From Octopus sinensis (taxonomy: Eukaryota), in contig NC_043005.1 in the NCBI RefSeq assembly GCF_006345805.1, positions 82,832,001 to 82,896,000 on the forward strand: a stretch of 64,000 nt of DNA, written 5' to 3'. The position numbers and the translations under genes were made by a program. Of this stretch, positions 40,048 through 54,167 are shown in pieces (position 1 is the first letter of the stretch; the number at the start of each line of letters is the position of its first letter). A model generated the notes under the pieces. The model was not told the DNA's origin and made no database searches. It saw nothing but the letters and a program-made list of their open reading frames with translations.

Positions 40048-40700
40048 TCTTTTTATCACAGGTTTTGTTGGAACTCCTAGAGTCTAGCATGCGTACGCGC
40101 TTGCTATCCGCAGCCTACGGTACCATACTACCCTTTTTTTTGCAGCTATTTAATGCTTTCCTGATTATTCTGGCCGTGCCAAGGAGGATAACCTTTAAAT
40201 TACAATTTCCTTTATATTTCTCTTGATACCCTCTGATACTGTACTCGAGGACCCAACAATAATTGGGTGTTTCTTCATTTTCTATAACTAGGCCATTTCA
40301 TGCTTAAGAGGGTTGTATTTATCTATTTATTCGCATCCCTTCTTGATAATTCCTGGGTCATCCAACATCAACTATATAGCACACATGATGCATCTTGTCG
40401 ACATCAACTAAGTCTGATTTATTATACACTAGCACCTGATCTGATTGGATTGGAAAATCCCAGAGTACTTTGCTAGTCTTCGACTCTGCCACTCTGCTGC
40501 AGTTTGTGCTCATACCACATTTTTGCCTCTCCCTTGGCCCCACTTTTCGCACAGTTTCTAATTTAATACGCTACCTGATCGTGTCACCACAACGTGTAGT
40601 GGTTTTGGGCAACTCTAGGGCATTCGTTCGTGATATGGGCAATGGTTTTATCCATTCTGTTACAAATGCGGTACAGCGGAGACATTTGATCATTCCAAAA
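40048..40700 (-). mobile_element. R4/Dong-like LINE 3' end (CCHC + RLE), decayed
   Basis: KCLRC..KPLPISRTNA..(HI..EC) and KVLWDFPIQSDQVLVYNKSDLVDVDK...CYIVDVG, then ..PIIVGSSS; abuts a TTA tract. Confidence 0.8.
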
Positions 40701-42369
40701 GTTAACCCTCCAGTTCGTGCCCCCCCCCCCCACCACCACCGAAAGATTTCTCTCTTGATTTTCACCTCTGTTAATACTTGATTCCGTTCTCCAACATTTC
40801 ATACTGTTTCATATAAGACTTCTCATGTTTTCTACTACCCCATACATTTCCATTGTTCTTATTATCCAGGTTGGTACAGAAACAATTGTCGCTGATCAGA
40901 AAAGATCTTTCTGTGCATTCTTATTTGGATATTTCACTCTTCGCTAAACCCACACAACGGATTATCCGACCTGAAACTAGGGTTTTCTACACCTGAAAAA
41001 TTTTAGTATTAGTCTGGAATCCGACAATGTTGATAGCCCAGAGGTCAGTTTGGTGTTGCACAGACAGGATATACATTGTACCGTTTGACAAAAATTAATC
41101 TAAAATTCTCTGTCCATTTTTAAAATGGTGGTGGAGGTGGTGGTACAGAACGTCCCTCTTCAGCCTCACTTTCCTTTTTAAGTAAAAATTGAAAACGTGG
41201 CTGAGGGCTTGGCCGAAGAGAAAGGTCTCAAGTCCATTCAGTCTCCTCCACCACTATACCTACTTCGCTAAGACAGAGGGAAATTGCCTTTCCTTCCGGC
41301 CAAAAGAAGGTAGTGGGGTAATTTTTACAATGGACTCGGCTGATAACCGGATCCATCCAATATTTAAACACTGTTATTCGTAGCATTATGTACTTCGAGT
41401 TACACCGTTAAAATCGAATTGCGTTACGTCTCTTCACGTGTCTCAAAGTTTCTATATTCGCATGACTTACACAGCATACAATTCTCCCTGGTAAGAATAA
41501 AGCTTCTGAAATGGGTAAAGAACTTGAACGGGTTGCTTTTGTCCTGTGATAGTACGTCGATCACTTTTTTTACAGCTTTCATCTCTTTGTATTCAAAGTT
41601 CTATTTTTCTAATTCATTATTTACACTATTATTTATAACTTTACCAACTCCGATTTCCACCGTAAAAACATATTACAAATACCCCCCGCCCCCAAGACAC
41701 ACATATGTGTGTAGGTATGTACATAAAATATGTATGTATGTATGAGTGTGTCCATGCGGGCACGCTTGTATGTATGTATGTTTGATATACGCAAATATAA
41801 ATCGACGAAGAGCTAAGAACAAATAGCGTTGATATTGTCATAAAAGACAGAATGTCCATGTTATGCGCATTGATTGATTTTAATCCCCAACCGTAACATC
41901 TCAGCGAAGGAGACTGGATATTTCAATTCCCCATATTGAGCAAGAAAAACATGAAAAATGACTTGAAGGGGACACATCAAACTATGCAAACGGTTTGAAG
42001 GAATATCGTTATTCTATCAATAATAGAAGATCTAAAGACGAGTAACCAAGTAGAAAATTGAAAAAGAATATAAAAGAATCACTATGTAAACCTTTCATAT
42101 GTAAAATCCAAAACGTAAGCCCCCAAGAAATTGCAAATATTCTCATGAAAATACTGTACATAAATAACAAAGTAAATGTTTAGAACATACATCTACTGTC
42201 TTCAGAGTAAAACAAAAGTATGTGAACAGAAGTGGTGTATCAATAAAAATAATCACATGTATTCTATAACTGACATATGGGTAACGAATGAGAGAAACTT
42301 CAAGTACAGATTGCAAAACAATATGGATATTATATCAAATGTGATATGGAAAATATATAACATGGAACA

Positions 42370-42567
<198 letters not shown>

Positions 42568-42890
42568 TGTTTTTATTATGGTCACACAGGGCTAAACATA
42601 GAAAATAGACGAAATACAATGTAGAGTTTTTCTTTTCGAGGTGGGATGGGTGGGACACATAAATGAAAAAGTCCGATCAATAGGGTTCGTTGGGCTGTGT
42701 TATGTACAAAAAAGGAAAGACATATATATATATAAAGTTCCAAAAAAAAAGGGGGAGGAAGATATTGTTTACAGTTTTATTGTTTACAATAGGGGAAGAG
42801 TATTTATTTCACGGACAAGAGAATTTTGTATGAAGTGCCTTATGAGTCTACCAGAGAGCACTGTAGAAAATATGGAGAGTATATTCTAGA
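42568..42890 (-). mobile_element. LINE 3' UTR fragment with AATAAA tail abutting (GATA)n
   Basis: Minus strand ends ..tctatgtttagccctgtgtgaccataataaaaac, matching the tail of the SINE at 9134-9165. Confidence 0.55.
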
Positions 42891-43201
42891 TTAAAAAAAG
42901 AATTTTGTCCTAATTTTAAAAGAAATAAAAGTATAACAAAACCGCATTATTTATGGGATGAGCCAATATATATATAGACAGATAGATAGATGTTTGTGTG
43001 TGTGTGTGTGTATGTATACATACGTGTGCTTGTATGTGTGGTGTGTGCGCGCGCGTACAGTTTGATTAATTATATATTTATAAAACAAAAACAATGAAAG
43101 TTATAAGAAATAGTACAGGCCGATTGTGAGTGTAATGACCTCGTAGGACCACTCCTTCAGGATATCTTCTGTGAAATAGTGTTGTATAATATTCCATAAA
43201 T

Positions 43202-43295
43202 TCTTACTTGAAAATAGCGTAGTTTGAATCACGATACGCGAAGAAAGAGTCTTGACTTACCTGTAATCAAAAAGAAAATATTCAAAATTTAGTAA
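43202..43295 (-). promoter_or_regulatory. Candidate recursive splice site (ratchet point) with a 53-nt cryptic exon
   Basis: Minus strand: TTACTAAA ttttgaatattttctttttgattaCAG|GTAAGT (junction 43261/43260), then CAA|GTAAGA at 43208/43207. Confidence 0.5.
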
Positions 43296-43674
43296 TAAAT
43301 ATGTTACAATAATTTTTATTTTCATTATACGTATGTAATCATGTATCGAATTTCACGTGTCTCGCGGTATTGCTTATAATGTAGCGCTCACAGTTCCTGT
43401 GTCGATCAAGTCTATGAAATACTTTGTTACGGTAATGTCAGTCTCGAATATTTTCGGAGGTTATAAGATGTTTCACCACAGTAGTTCCGACGAGCTTAAC
43501 AGGTGCCGCTTAATCAACGCTAACGTCTTTGTTTTAATATTTAATAGGTTTTAATGTTATTCTTGTCCTCAGCCTCTCTTTCACTCTATTTCTTTCTCTC
43601 TCCTCACCTTCACTCTCACTCTTTCTCTCTCCCTATCCCACTTTCATTCTCTCTCTCTCACTCTCTCTCTTTAT

Positions 43675-45199
<1,525 letters not shown>

Positions 45200-45202
<3 letters not shown>

Positions 45203-46215
45203 GCCAAGAAAATTTACTTGTTTAACCCCTCCCTTTTCCCTTACTATAAAAACTAACACAGGTAAAATATTCCTGTCTCTCCTAGGCAAACATTTTCCAG
45301 CAACTCACAGATACAGGAAATTTTTTTGATAGGCGCTCTGTAAAATTAACATGCAGGTGATGGCCCAGTATGGAGAGAATCATTATACGAGGTCAATAGG
45401 AAGGGCCTAATCCCAATTGTAACTCGCACAACCCAGGATCCTGTCCACTCGACCAACGATATATGATTAAATCTGTCGTATATAAGGTAGATGTTACTGC
45501 AACGCTAAATGATAATGCAACAGATAAGGCCTATATTGGATTACGTAAAGGTTTGTGTTTGTGTTTATATACGTGTTACTGTTGTCGAAAAGAAGAACGT
45601 CAACCACAAGTTTTAAAGCCATGAACATCACCCCCGAAATAGTGTATCTATGACTATATAATTTCGAATGTACTGTAAGACGGCAGGGTTTGAGAAAGAT
45701 TTAGCTGCAACTTCTAGCAGGTTGAAAAGCCATATAGTCTGTCCCACCTCGTTAGCTAGTTGTATATACTTCGAACAACTTTCAGCGTTTGATTAAGAAT
45801 AAGATAATGTTATGTGTCTGTGTGTTCTGCATCATTTCTTCTAGCTCGCTGGATGTGTATGTGTGCATTTTACTGTTTCGGATTTGTTGCTGCTGCCTTG
45901 TTTCTATTATAACTCGATTTATCTAAATACCACAATGACATTTTCTTCGACGCTGGTCGTGTATGAAGTTTGAAAGCTAACGAAACACCACATATGATTA
46001 AATGGAAAATAATTGAGAAATCCACACCTTATGTTAATGGTTCAAATAAATGTAGGCTATGTTTAGCTGAAAGAGCTCAGATCCGTTTCATATCTAAGAT
46101 CCCTAACTCTCTACTTAACTCTAAGTCTAACTTTTCAGCGATAGGATGCAAAACTGTCGAAAGTCCAAAACGTTGCTTTTTCAGAAAACGAAAAAATAGT
46201 TTCACTATTCCATAG
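45200..46215 (+). mobile_element. Penelope-like element (Naiad-like) linker + GIY-YIG fragment, interrupted by an insertion at ~45551-45905
   Basis: PPFSLTIKTNTGKIFLSLLGKHFPATHRYRKF..; CNSHNPGSCPLD..SVVYKV..KAYIGL; resumes ..IKWKIIEKSTPYVNGSNKCRLCLAE..SLLNSKS. Confidence 0.85.
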
Positions 46216-47599
46216 CAAAACCGTTGTACTACACTTTGACACTTTATTGATATCCTAGCATCTAAAGCAGCCGAAAACACGATTGTTTGACCAAAAGAAC
46301 CGGCTATTGCAAGCAAAAATAAATATTGAAAAAAATGTGCATTTCGCCAAATTTGGACATACGACTGTTTAACCTAATAGTAATGATATGTATAAATATA
46401 TTTTGAAAGCTGGAATATTTCACCTATACGTCATTAATATTTAAGGTTTAAGGAATATAACTTTTTTATCTTTTTTTTTACTTTTTACATTTTAGCCTTT
46501 ACATTTTGCTGTTCCGTTTTTCGTTTTCCGTTCTTTTTTTGATCTTCCGCATTTTCTATATACTGCCTTCTCAGCTTTTTCATATTTTTTCTCTTAATCA
46601 ATTTTTTTAGTTTGTTATATGTGGTTTGTGCATGATGAATATGCTTGAGATATTTCTCAACATACGAAACTATTAGTAGCAATTAAAGACATGTGTTATG
46701 TCCTTCAAATAAATAATATATACGCTTTGTATCCGTATGCGTACATTTTTTTCTATCTGTATGTGTATATGTATTCTTTTTGTGTACATGTATGTGTTTG
46801 AGTCTAGCACCAAGAAGTACGCTAAAACAGGCTGATTGTCCAGTTAGCCGTGCAAATTCCTCAGCGTGTCGTTCTAATTTTATTGAGAAGGCAATTCTTT
46901 ATCCAGATGAGATAATGTGATTCGAGGGACATTAGGTGCTATGTTTTTCATGCATAGTAAGCAGGAATATGACTTCCATTTACTCATAATGATGCATGTA
47001 GAGTCAAATAAAGCCTCAAGGAACAAACCATAAACAGCGCTGAACGTTGTACCATAATCTTCATGATTTTAAACTTAGCTTGTTAAGTAGTCCCTTGCTA
47101 GCTTTCTAATGTAAGGATCGATGCAAAACTTTAAGTTCTATATGCAGTGTTCCTAAACAATCTCTTTAAATTAACGCATATATATATATACGATGCCAAA
47201 TATTTGAAAAGAATAATGTATGACACCTTTCCAATAGTTTGAACATTATTTTGTATAAAAATCAGTTTGAAGTCAACATAATGGAAAAGTTCTTCCGAGA
47301 AATTCTCAGTATCAGCTCTTGTGGAAAATCTCCGAATCGGAAGTAATTTTCTTACTTGTGACAGCTTCATGTGCAACTAGGCAAGAGAGATATGTGAACT
47401 GGAAAACTTTCGACATTGTCATAAAACAGTTCCCACAACTATACAGATAAATGGTTTCATTAAAACTAAAAATAAATAAAAGGAAATATATGGAGATTGG
47501 GTTCGTAAGGCAGTTAATGGTAGTGTGAATAGTGAAGTAAATTTCTGAAATGGTACAGCGTTGGACTAAATGAATTACTACATTGCAGTTCAATTATAC

Positions 47600-47832
<233 letters not shown>

Positions 47833-49034
47833 TATTTTGTAGGCTACGGATTCGTATACCTCGCAAAATCAATGATTCTTTCAATGGCATATAAATTCAT
47901 TCTACAACTGCCTTTATATTATCTATATTTGCATACAGAGAGTCGTAAAAGGAAGAGTTGAATTCATAAATTCGATTTCACTATTCTCGTTTCATAAACA
48001 TATCGTTGACTGCAATTGCTTTTCTTTTAGAAAATCATCGAGGGACTTCTCCATACGTAGTCTTTCCATCTGTTTATATAACGCGTATATATATCTATCT
48101 GTCTGTTTAGCTATATATATATATATATATATATACAGAGAGAGAGAGAGAGAGAATAGGAGAAAGAGGGAAAGAGAGGACAGAGAAAGAGTGAGAGGCG
48201 TGGACAGATAGATACACAAGCATACACATATATAGATATATGCTTACGTTGATGCTGACTAATTACGATGTCCATTAAGAGGCGAAAGTTTGCTGGAAGA
48301 GTTGAAAGTTTGCTGAAATATACATACATACATACATACATAAACTGAGACGCACATACACACCCTCACAAACATACACACAGACACACACATGCACGAA
48401 CATGTGTGTCTGTCTAAATTTCTTAAAAGTATTTCTTCTCGTGATGGATAGTCGCTCACATTAAAATTAACCAATGAGATACGTTAATTACGTAATTATT
48501 TGAATGATGATTTACACACACACTTGCATACATGTATACATATATATGCATGTATAAACACGCACACACATATATATATGTATGTATATATCGTGGCTAT
48601 AACTTCGGAACCACGAAAGATTAAGAAAAATAGTGCAGTTTCCTAGCAATTATACCATGTGACCTGATGTGACCAATAGACGACTAATCTGCTCTTAGTA
48701 TCTGGTGAGATGGACGTGTCCCTTTCCTACGCAACTACGAAACCTTAAGTCATATGCAGCTGCGTCAAGCTGCTACTATAAAGTCATGACTCGTACAAAT
48801 GTGTTGAGTGCTTCGTTCTTTCGTTCGTGTTCTCACGTGTGTGTGTGTGTGTGTGTGTGCGTGTGTGTGCGTGTGCGTGTATATGTGTGTGTGCGTGTGT
48901 GTGCTACGAGGGGGGAAACACGCCAACATTGGTTGTCAAGTGGTCGTGGGGGACAAACAGAGACACACACAGATATACATACACATATATACATACACAG
49001 ACGCGCGCACACACACACAGACATATATATATTT

Positions 49035-49250
49035 TTAAAAAACGAAGAGAAAAAACACAAGAAATAAACAACAACGCGAGGACGTGGTACATGCAAAGTA
49101 TTAACACATGCTCAGGGAAGGTGAGAAATGTAGTTTTACGTTTCGAGCAAAGCTCTTCTTCAGAAACAGGGAAAGAGGAAAGTCCAAGAGAAAAGGAGGA
49201 CGGAGGAAAAAAATCGCCAAGGATCCATAAGGTTTTGGTCGGCTCGCGGC
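49035..49250 (-). mobile_element. Solo PLE pseudo-LTR-like fragment carrying a minimal hammerhead
   Basis: Pyrimidine-rich minus-strand segment containing the hammerhead listed next; it abuts a TA tract. Confidence 0.6.
49133..49167 (-). ncRNA. Minimal type I hammerhead ribozyme, core intact
   Basis: Minus strand: GUUU CUGAAGA A GAGC UUU GCUC GAAA CG UA AAAC. Stem I GUUU/AAAC, stem II GAGC/GCUC, palindromic ACGU stem III, GUA cleavage triplet. Confidence 0.8.
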
Positions 49251-49254
49251 TATG

Positions 49255-49345
49255 TTAGAGGGCAGTTGCCCATGGTAGCACACACTCAAACTGAGCCCGA
49301 GACCATATGATTGGGAAACAAGCTTCTTACTGCACAGCCACACCA
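49255..49345 (-). mobile_element. Partial CORE-type SINE head
   Basis: Minus strand tggtgtggctgtgcagtaagaagcttg..catatggtctcgggctcag is similar to the 58989 family. Confidence 0.6.
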
Positions 49346-50321
49346 GAGAGTAATATCAATTTACAAAAGAAAAATATTCTTTATATTGAAATAATTTTTT
49401 TTTTAAATTTCATAATACGTTCGTGAAGATTCTTACTTGAATATGGTATTTTTCCTCCTTATAGATTTTTTTTATTTATGTCCTTCCACATATTCTTTAT
49501 TTCCCCTCCTAACATTCTTTTACTCATTGCGCGCCACCAAGCCTAGTATATGCACTCATCTTGCTCCTCTTATGTTAACTGTTTCTGTATTTCTCTCTCT
49601 CCCATCATCTCTCTTTTTCTCCCCACCCCTCTCTCTCTCTCTACGAGCGGAAAAGAAGGAAATAAAGAGAAGGAAATAAATAAAGCAAGAACAATAAGGA
49701 AATAAATAAAGGAAGAAGAATAAGGAAATAAAAAGAGCAGGCACTAGAGAGACATACAGCCAGACAGACAGATTAATACGAAAAACACTCTTTGTTTTAT
49801 TTCATTCCTATAATTCTTTACATTACCCACAAAACTTTACTTTCATTTTTAATTCTTTTAACAATTATCTCCATCGCTTACTGTCATATTAACAACGTAT
49901 CGTTCATTATATGTACATATACAGTTCTTGTGAAACTCATTGTTGTTTCCATTTGATAAAGATTTGTTATATAAGTTCTTATATCTGACATTCAGACATC
50001 AAAGTAAATCTTTTTGTTAGATTATTTTTTCTGTCTGTGCGCAAGTATTAAGCTTTTATAATTTAATCTATGTACAGTCTGTATGTCATATTTTGTCTAA
50101 GTATAACATTTTTTGGCGCAATACTACATATGTACACATACATACATATGTACATACACACACACATACATATATATATATACACACAAATATATAGACA
50201 TATGTACATATATGTATAACTGTATATGCGTATACACACTCATATATTTATGTATATATATATGCGTGTGTGTTTGTGTATATATGTGTGAGTAAGTACA
50301 TATATGCATATATATATATAT

Positions 50322-50355
<34 letters not shown>

Positions 50356-50852
50356 TGAAAGATAACATTAATCTAATGATCACAATATAAATATTGTTCC
50401 GTTTTTCTATTAACAGATTTTCATATGATATCTGATACATTATCGCATAATGTGCTTATTGCCCATATGTTGCTTTCTACGCATTGATATAAAAATTAAA
50501 TATTGGTGTCATTTCTTTCGTCGTTGGAAATAATTATTGCTATTAAGATAAAGTGGTTGCCAAAAATATATACGACAGAATTGTCGGCTTGTTCGCTCTT
50601 ACAGAAATTGGGTGGTAGGGAAGTAGGTGTCTGGCGATAAAAAGAAATAAAACGAGTGAATGCCTCGGTGAGTGGCAGTGGGAAAAGTAAAATGAACGTA
50701 TGGAAAATATAAAGGCTGAATCATTTTGCTCTAATAATAATAAGAAATTAGTGGGTGTGGGGAAAATTAAGTTAGAATGCGTCGGAATAAGAAGTACTTT
50801 AATGGTCAGAGTGACAGTTGTTTTGGTGATATTTTAAATTCAGAAAGTCTTA

Positions 50853-51782
50853 TAGGAGTGGCTGTGTGGTAAGTAGCTTGCTTACAACCACATGGTTCGT
50901 CCGGGATCAGTCCCACTGCGCGGCACCTTGGGCAAATGTCTTCAGCTATAGACTCGGGCCGACCAAAACCTTGTGAGTGGATTTGGTATGCGGAAACTGA
51001 AAGAAGCCCGTCGTATATATGTATATAGTTTTTCCTTGGGGCAGGCCGGATCGGAGCGATCTCAAGATTAATCAGCCGAAATTGCTAGGATGATCCGGTT
51101 CTTGACTGAAGATTGAAGGCTTCGAATGTCTTCTAAATGTTTTACGTTCTTGTCCCAGTTTGTATTTTTCTACATATAATATATATATACACTACCATCA
51201 GAAATTAATTAGCACCCTTGATTTGCTCTTCACTCAAGGTACGTGCTGTCACCTAGTGACAATATCTCGAAATATTGCTTTGTTGCGAGTTCACTGTTGC
51301 GCAGAACGATGACGTAACTTTGTTTGCAGAGCAGTTTGAGAGTCTACAGCCTTATGATGTTGACATATCAGTGCAACAACTTGGAGTGCCGATGCAGACA
51401 AATCTTCCTTTGTTTAATAGATATAGGTAGCGCCTCGCAAGGACCGAAATCACACCATACTAAGTTTTCTCATCGCGTAAGACGTTTTGAACAGCTCATA
51501 GGTTAATTGATTTAACCTATTTAATGTAGAAATTTGAGAAGTGCTAATTAATTTCTGACGCAAGTGTATATATGTATGTGTGTCTGTGTTTGACCCCCAC
51601 CCCAACATCGCTTGACAACCGATGGTGTGTTTACGTCCCCGTAACTTAGCGGTTCGGCAAAAGAAACCGATAGAATGAGTACTAAGCTTACAAAAAATAA
51701 GTCATGGGGCCGATTTGCTCGACTAAATGCGGTGCTCCAGCATGGCCACAGTCACATGACTAAAACAATTTAAGGAGTAAAA
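50853..51782 (+). mobile_element. CORE-type SINE split by two nested insertions in its internal (TA)n
   Basis: The 5' half (50853-51026) and 3' half (51567-51782) are colinear with 58989-59422; inserts at ~51027-51175 and 51190-51566. Confidence 0.88.
51190..51566. mobile_element. Tc1/mariner-type MITE, 377 bp, 26-bp TIRs, TA TSD
   Basis: TA|CACTACCATCAGAAATTAATTAGCAC ... GTGCTAATTAATTTCTGACGCAAGTG|TA (23/26 match). Confidence 0.88.
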
Positions 51783-51804
51783 TAGTGTTTAAAACAAATA
51801 CATA

Positions 51805-51945
51805 GGTGTAGAGTGGCTGTGTGTTAAGTAGTTTCCTTCCCAGCCACATGGTTCGCAGTTCAGTCTTACTTCGTGGTATCTTGGGCAAGAATCTTCTTTA
51901 ATTACAATTCGGCGACAGCTTTGTAAAGACTTTAGAGACTGAAAC
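51805..51945 (+). mobile_element. Partial CORE-type SINE head, older copy
   Basis: gagtggctgtgtgttaagtag..cacatggttcgcagttcag..cttgggcaag. Confidence 0.7.
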
Positions 51946-52441
51946 ACGCGCGTTATTTGTGTGCGTGAGTGCGTGCGCATAGAAAAAAAGTTATGTTAAT
52001 AAAAAGGAGGAGTTAAATGTTTTAATTATTGTATGAAAAGCACAGTGAAATTTTGAAAGAGTGTCGAGTGATCATCAGTAGGAAATTGAGCAGAGTACTA
52101 AGAAGCGATAAGTTTTGATTAAAGGTTAAGGAGCAATTCGGCACATATACATACACACATACACATACACAAATACACTGTCGATTGTCATATATTATTG
52201 TGTATAACATCACTTCAATCAGGAAGTTGGTAAGGACTTCCACCTGGGAAATGTTAACTGTCTTTTGATTTACGGCAGCAATGGTGTGAAGACCGAAAAC
52301 ATAAGTTCGTGCTTTCGTTAATTTCTTTGCAGCACGCAGCGTTTAATTAAATGAAATGAGGAATATTTTCGATAGGACTTGTTTTGTACTAATTTTGTGC
52401 GTGTGTGCGCGCGCGCGCGTGTGTATAGGATTTGGATGAAA

Positions 52442-52582
52442 ATAATCTTTTCTACTCTAGGCACAAGATTCGAAATTTTAGGGAGGATACCAGACGATTA
52501 GATCGAGCCCAGTACGCAACTGGTACGTAATTTATCGACCACGAAAGGATGAAAAACAAAGTCGACCTCGGCGGAATTTGAT
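52442..52582 (-). mobile_element. MetaSINE 3' half
   Basis: ttctactctaggcacaag...tttatcgaccacgaaaggatgaaaaacaaagtcgacctcggcggaatttg. Confidence 0.85.
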
Positions 52583-52609
52583 TTGGGTGAAAATAATAGT
52601 TAATAATTT

Positions 52610-52640
<31 letters not shown>

Positions 52641-53642
52641 TGTATTGAAATAAAAACTTGTTAACTCGAGGTTAACGCCACTGCAATCTTCATGTGCGAA
52701 ACGCGAATGACGAGACAAACACTCAGCGGTTTATCTACCACTTTAGCTATACTATTCCTGTGAAAGAAATTAATTTAAATGTTAACAAATGTTTCTAGTT
52801 TCGTGGGTGATAATTAATTTCCATTCGACTCTATATCTCATTTCATTGTTCATGAGTTGCGTCGATCAGATATTGAGATATCTTTAGCCGATAGGAAAGG
52901 ATACAGAAACAAAATAGAAATACTACTACTTAAACTATATTTGAACCTTTAATCTATGTCTTGTATTGAAAATTAACATAGATGATCGACAATAAACAAT
53001 TGCATTCATAAAACTTCGTACACTTTAACAACTGTAGGCCAGGCTTCATCTAATGATTTGTATTGGACAATAAATAATTACTTCTAAACAAAAGAGAAAG
53101 AAAATGAAACACAGACAACAGTGGGAGAAGTGATACGTTATAATGAGACAAATATTGTATTATATATAATAGAATCAAAACCATTTCCCGGTCGGATTTT
53201 CTCCAACTTCCTGCGGAAACCTTTTGTTGATCAGTGTCCCTTTTGCCTGAGGTAAACCGGAATTGAACTCAATTTACTTACAATGTTATTTTCTCCTTCT
53301 AGCAATTAAATAAGGACTTAAATTACAGCATAAAAAAAACAGGATATACACAAGTCCACGCACACACACACACACACACACACACAAGCATAGAGACATA
53401 TGTGCTCGTGTAAACGTGTGTATATCCATCCTGTATATATATACATATGTGTGTATGTGTGTGCGCGTGTCTGTGTATGTGTGTGCGTGTGTGTGCATCC
53501 TTGTCGTATACATATATAAATATATAATATTAGAGTAGAATATCTTTTTGTAGGTACTTGCAAGTGTCGCTATCAACAAAATAGAAGGTGAACGTACTTT
53601 CATCAAAGTTATTTTCCTCTTTTAACAAGTAAATAGCATCTT

Positions 53643-53652
53643 TATATATGTG

Positions 53653-53688
<36 letters not shown>

Positions 53689-53719
53689 TATATGTGTATA
53701 TATAATATATATATATTAT

Positions 53720-53752
<33 letters not shown>

Positions 53753-53779
53753 GTATGTATATATATATATATATCTATA

Positions 53780-53810
<31 letters not shown>

Positions 53811-54057
53811 GTATATATGTGTGTCGTATGTATATATATATACATATATAATATACATATATATGTATATATATATATATATATACATAATATTTGTTTT
53901 ATTTATATTTCCTGAGCGCCATACTAATACAATTGTTCGTTTGTTTTCCACCTGCCTTCGTCTTTTGTTTATTTTCATAAAGCTTCCCGTTATATATATA
54001 TATATACATGTATATATATATGTATATTATGTATATATATAATACATATATATATAC

Positions 54058-54108
<51 letters not shown>

Positions 54109-54130
54109 TATACATACATACATACATACA

Positions 54131-54166
<36 letters not shown>

Positions 54167-54167
54167 T
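53643..54167. repeat. (TA)n/(TACA)n arrays with a short ~100-bp complex insert at 53890-53990
   Basis: Directly visible. Confidence 0.9.

Noticed and set aside
51100-51135. CTGAAGA followed by gaag/cttc and GAA
   Set aside because: There is no GAAA, the loop is too short and stems I and III cannot form, so it is not a hammerhead as it stands.
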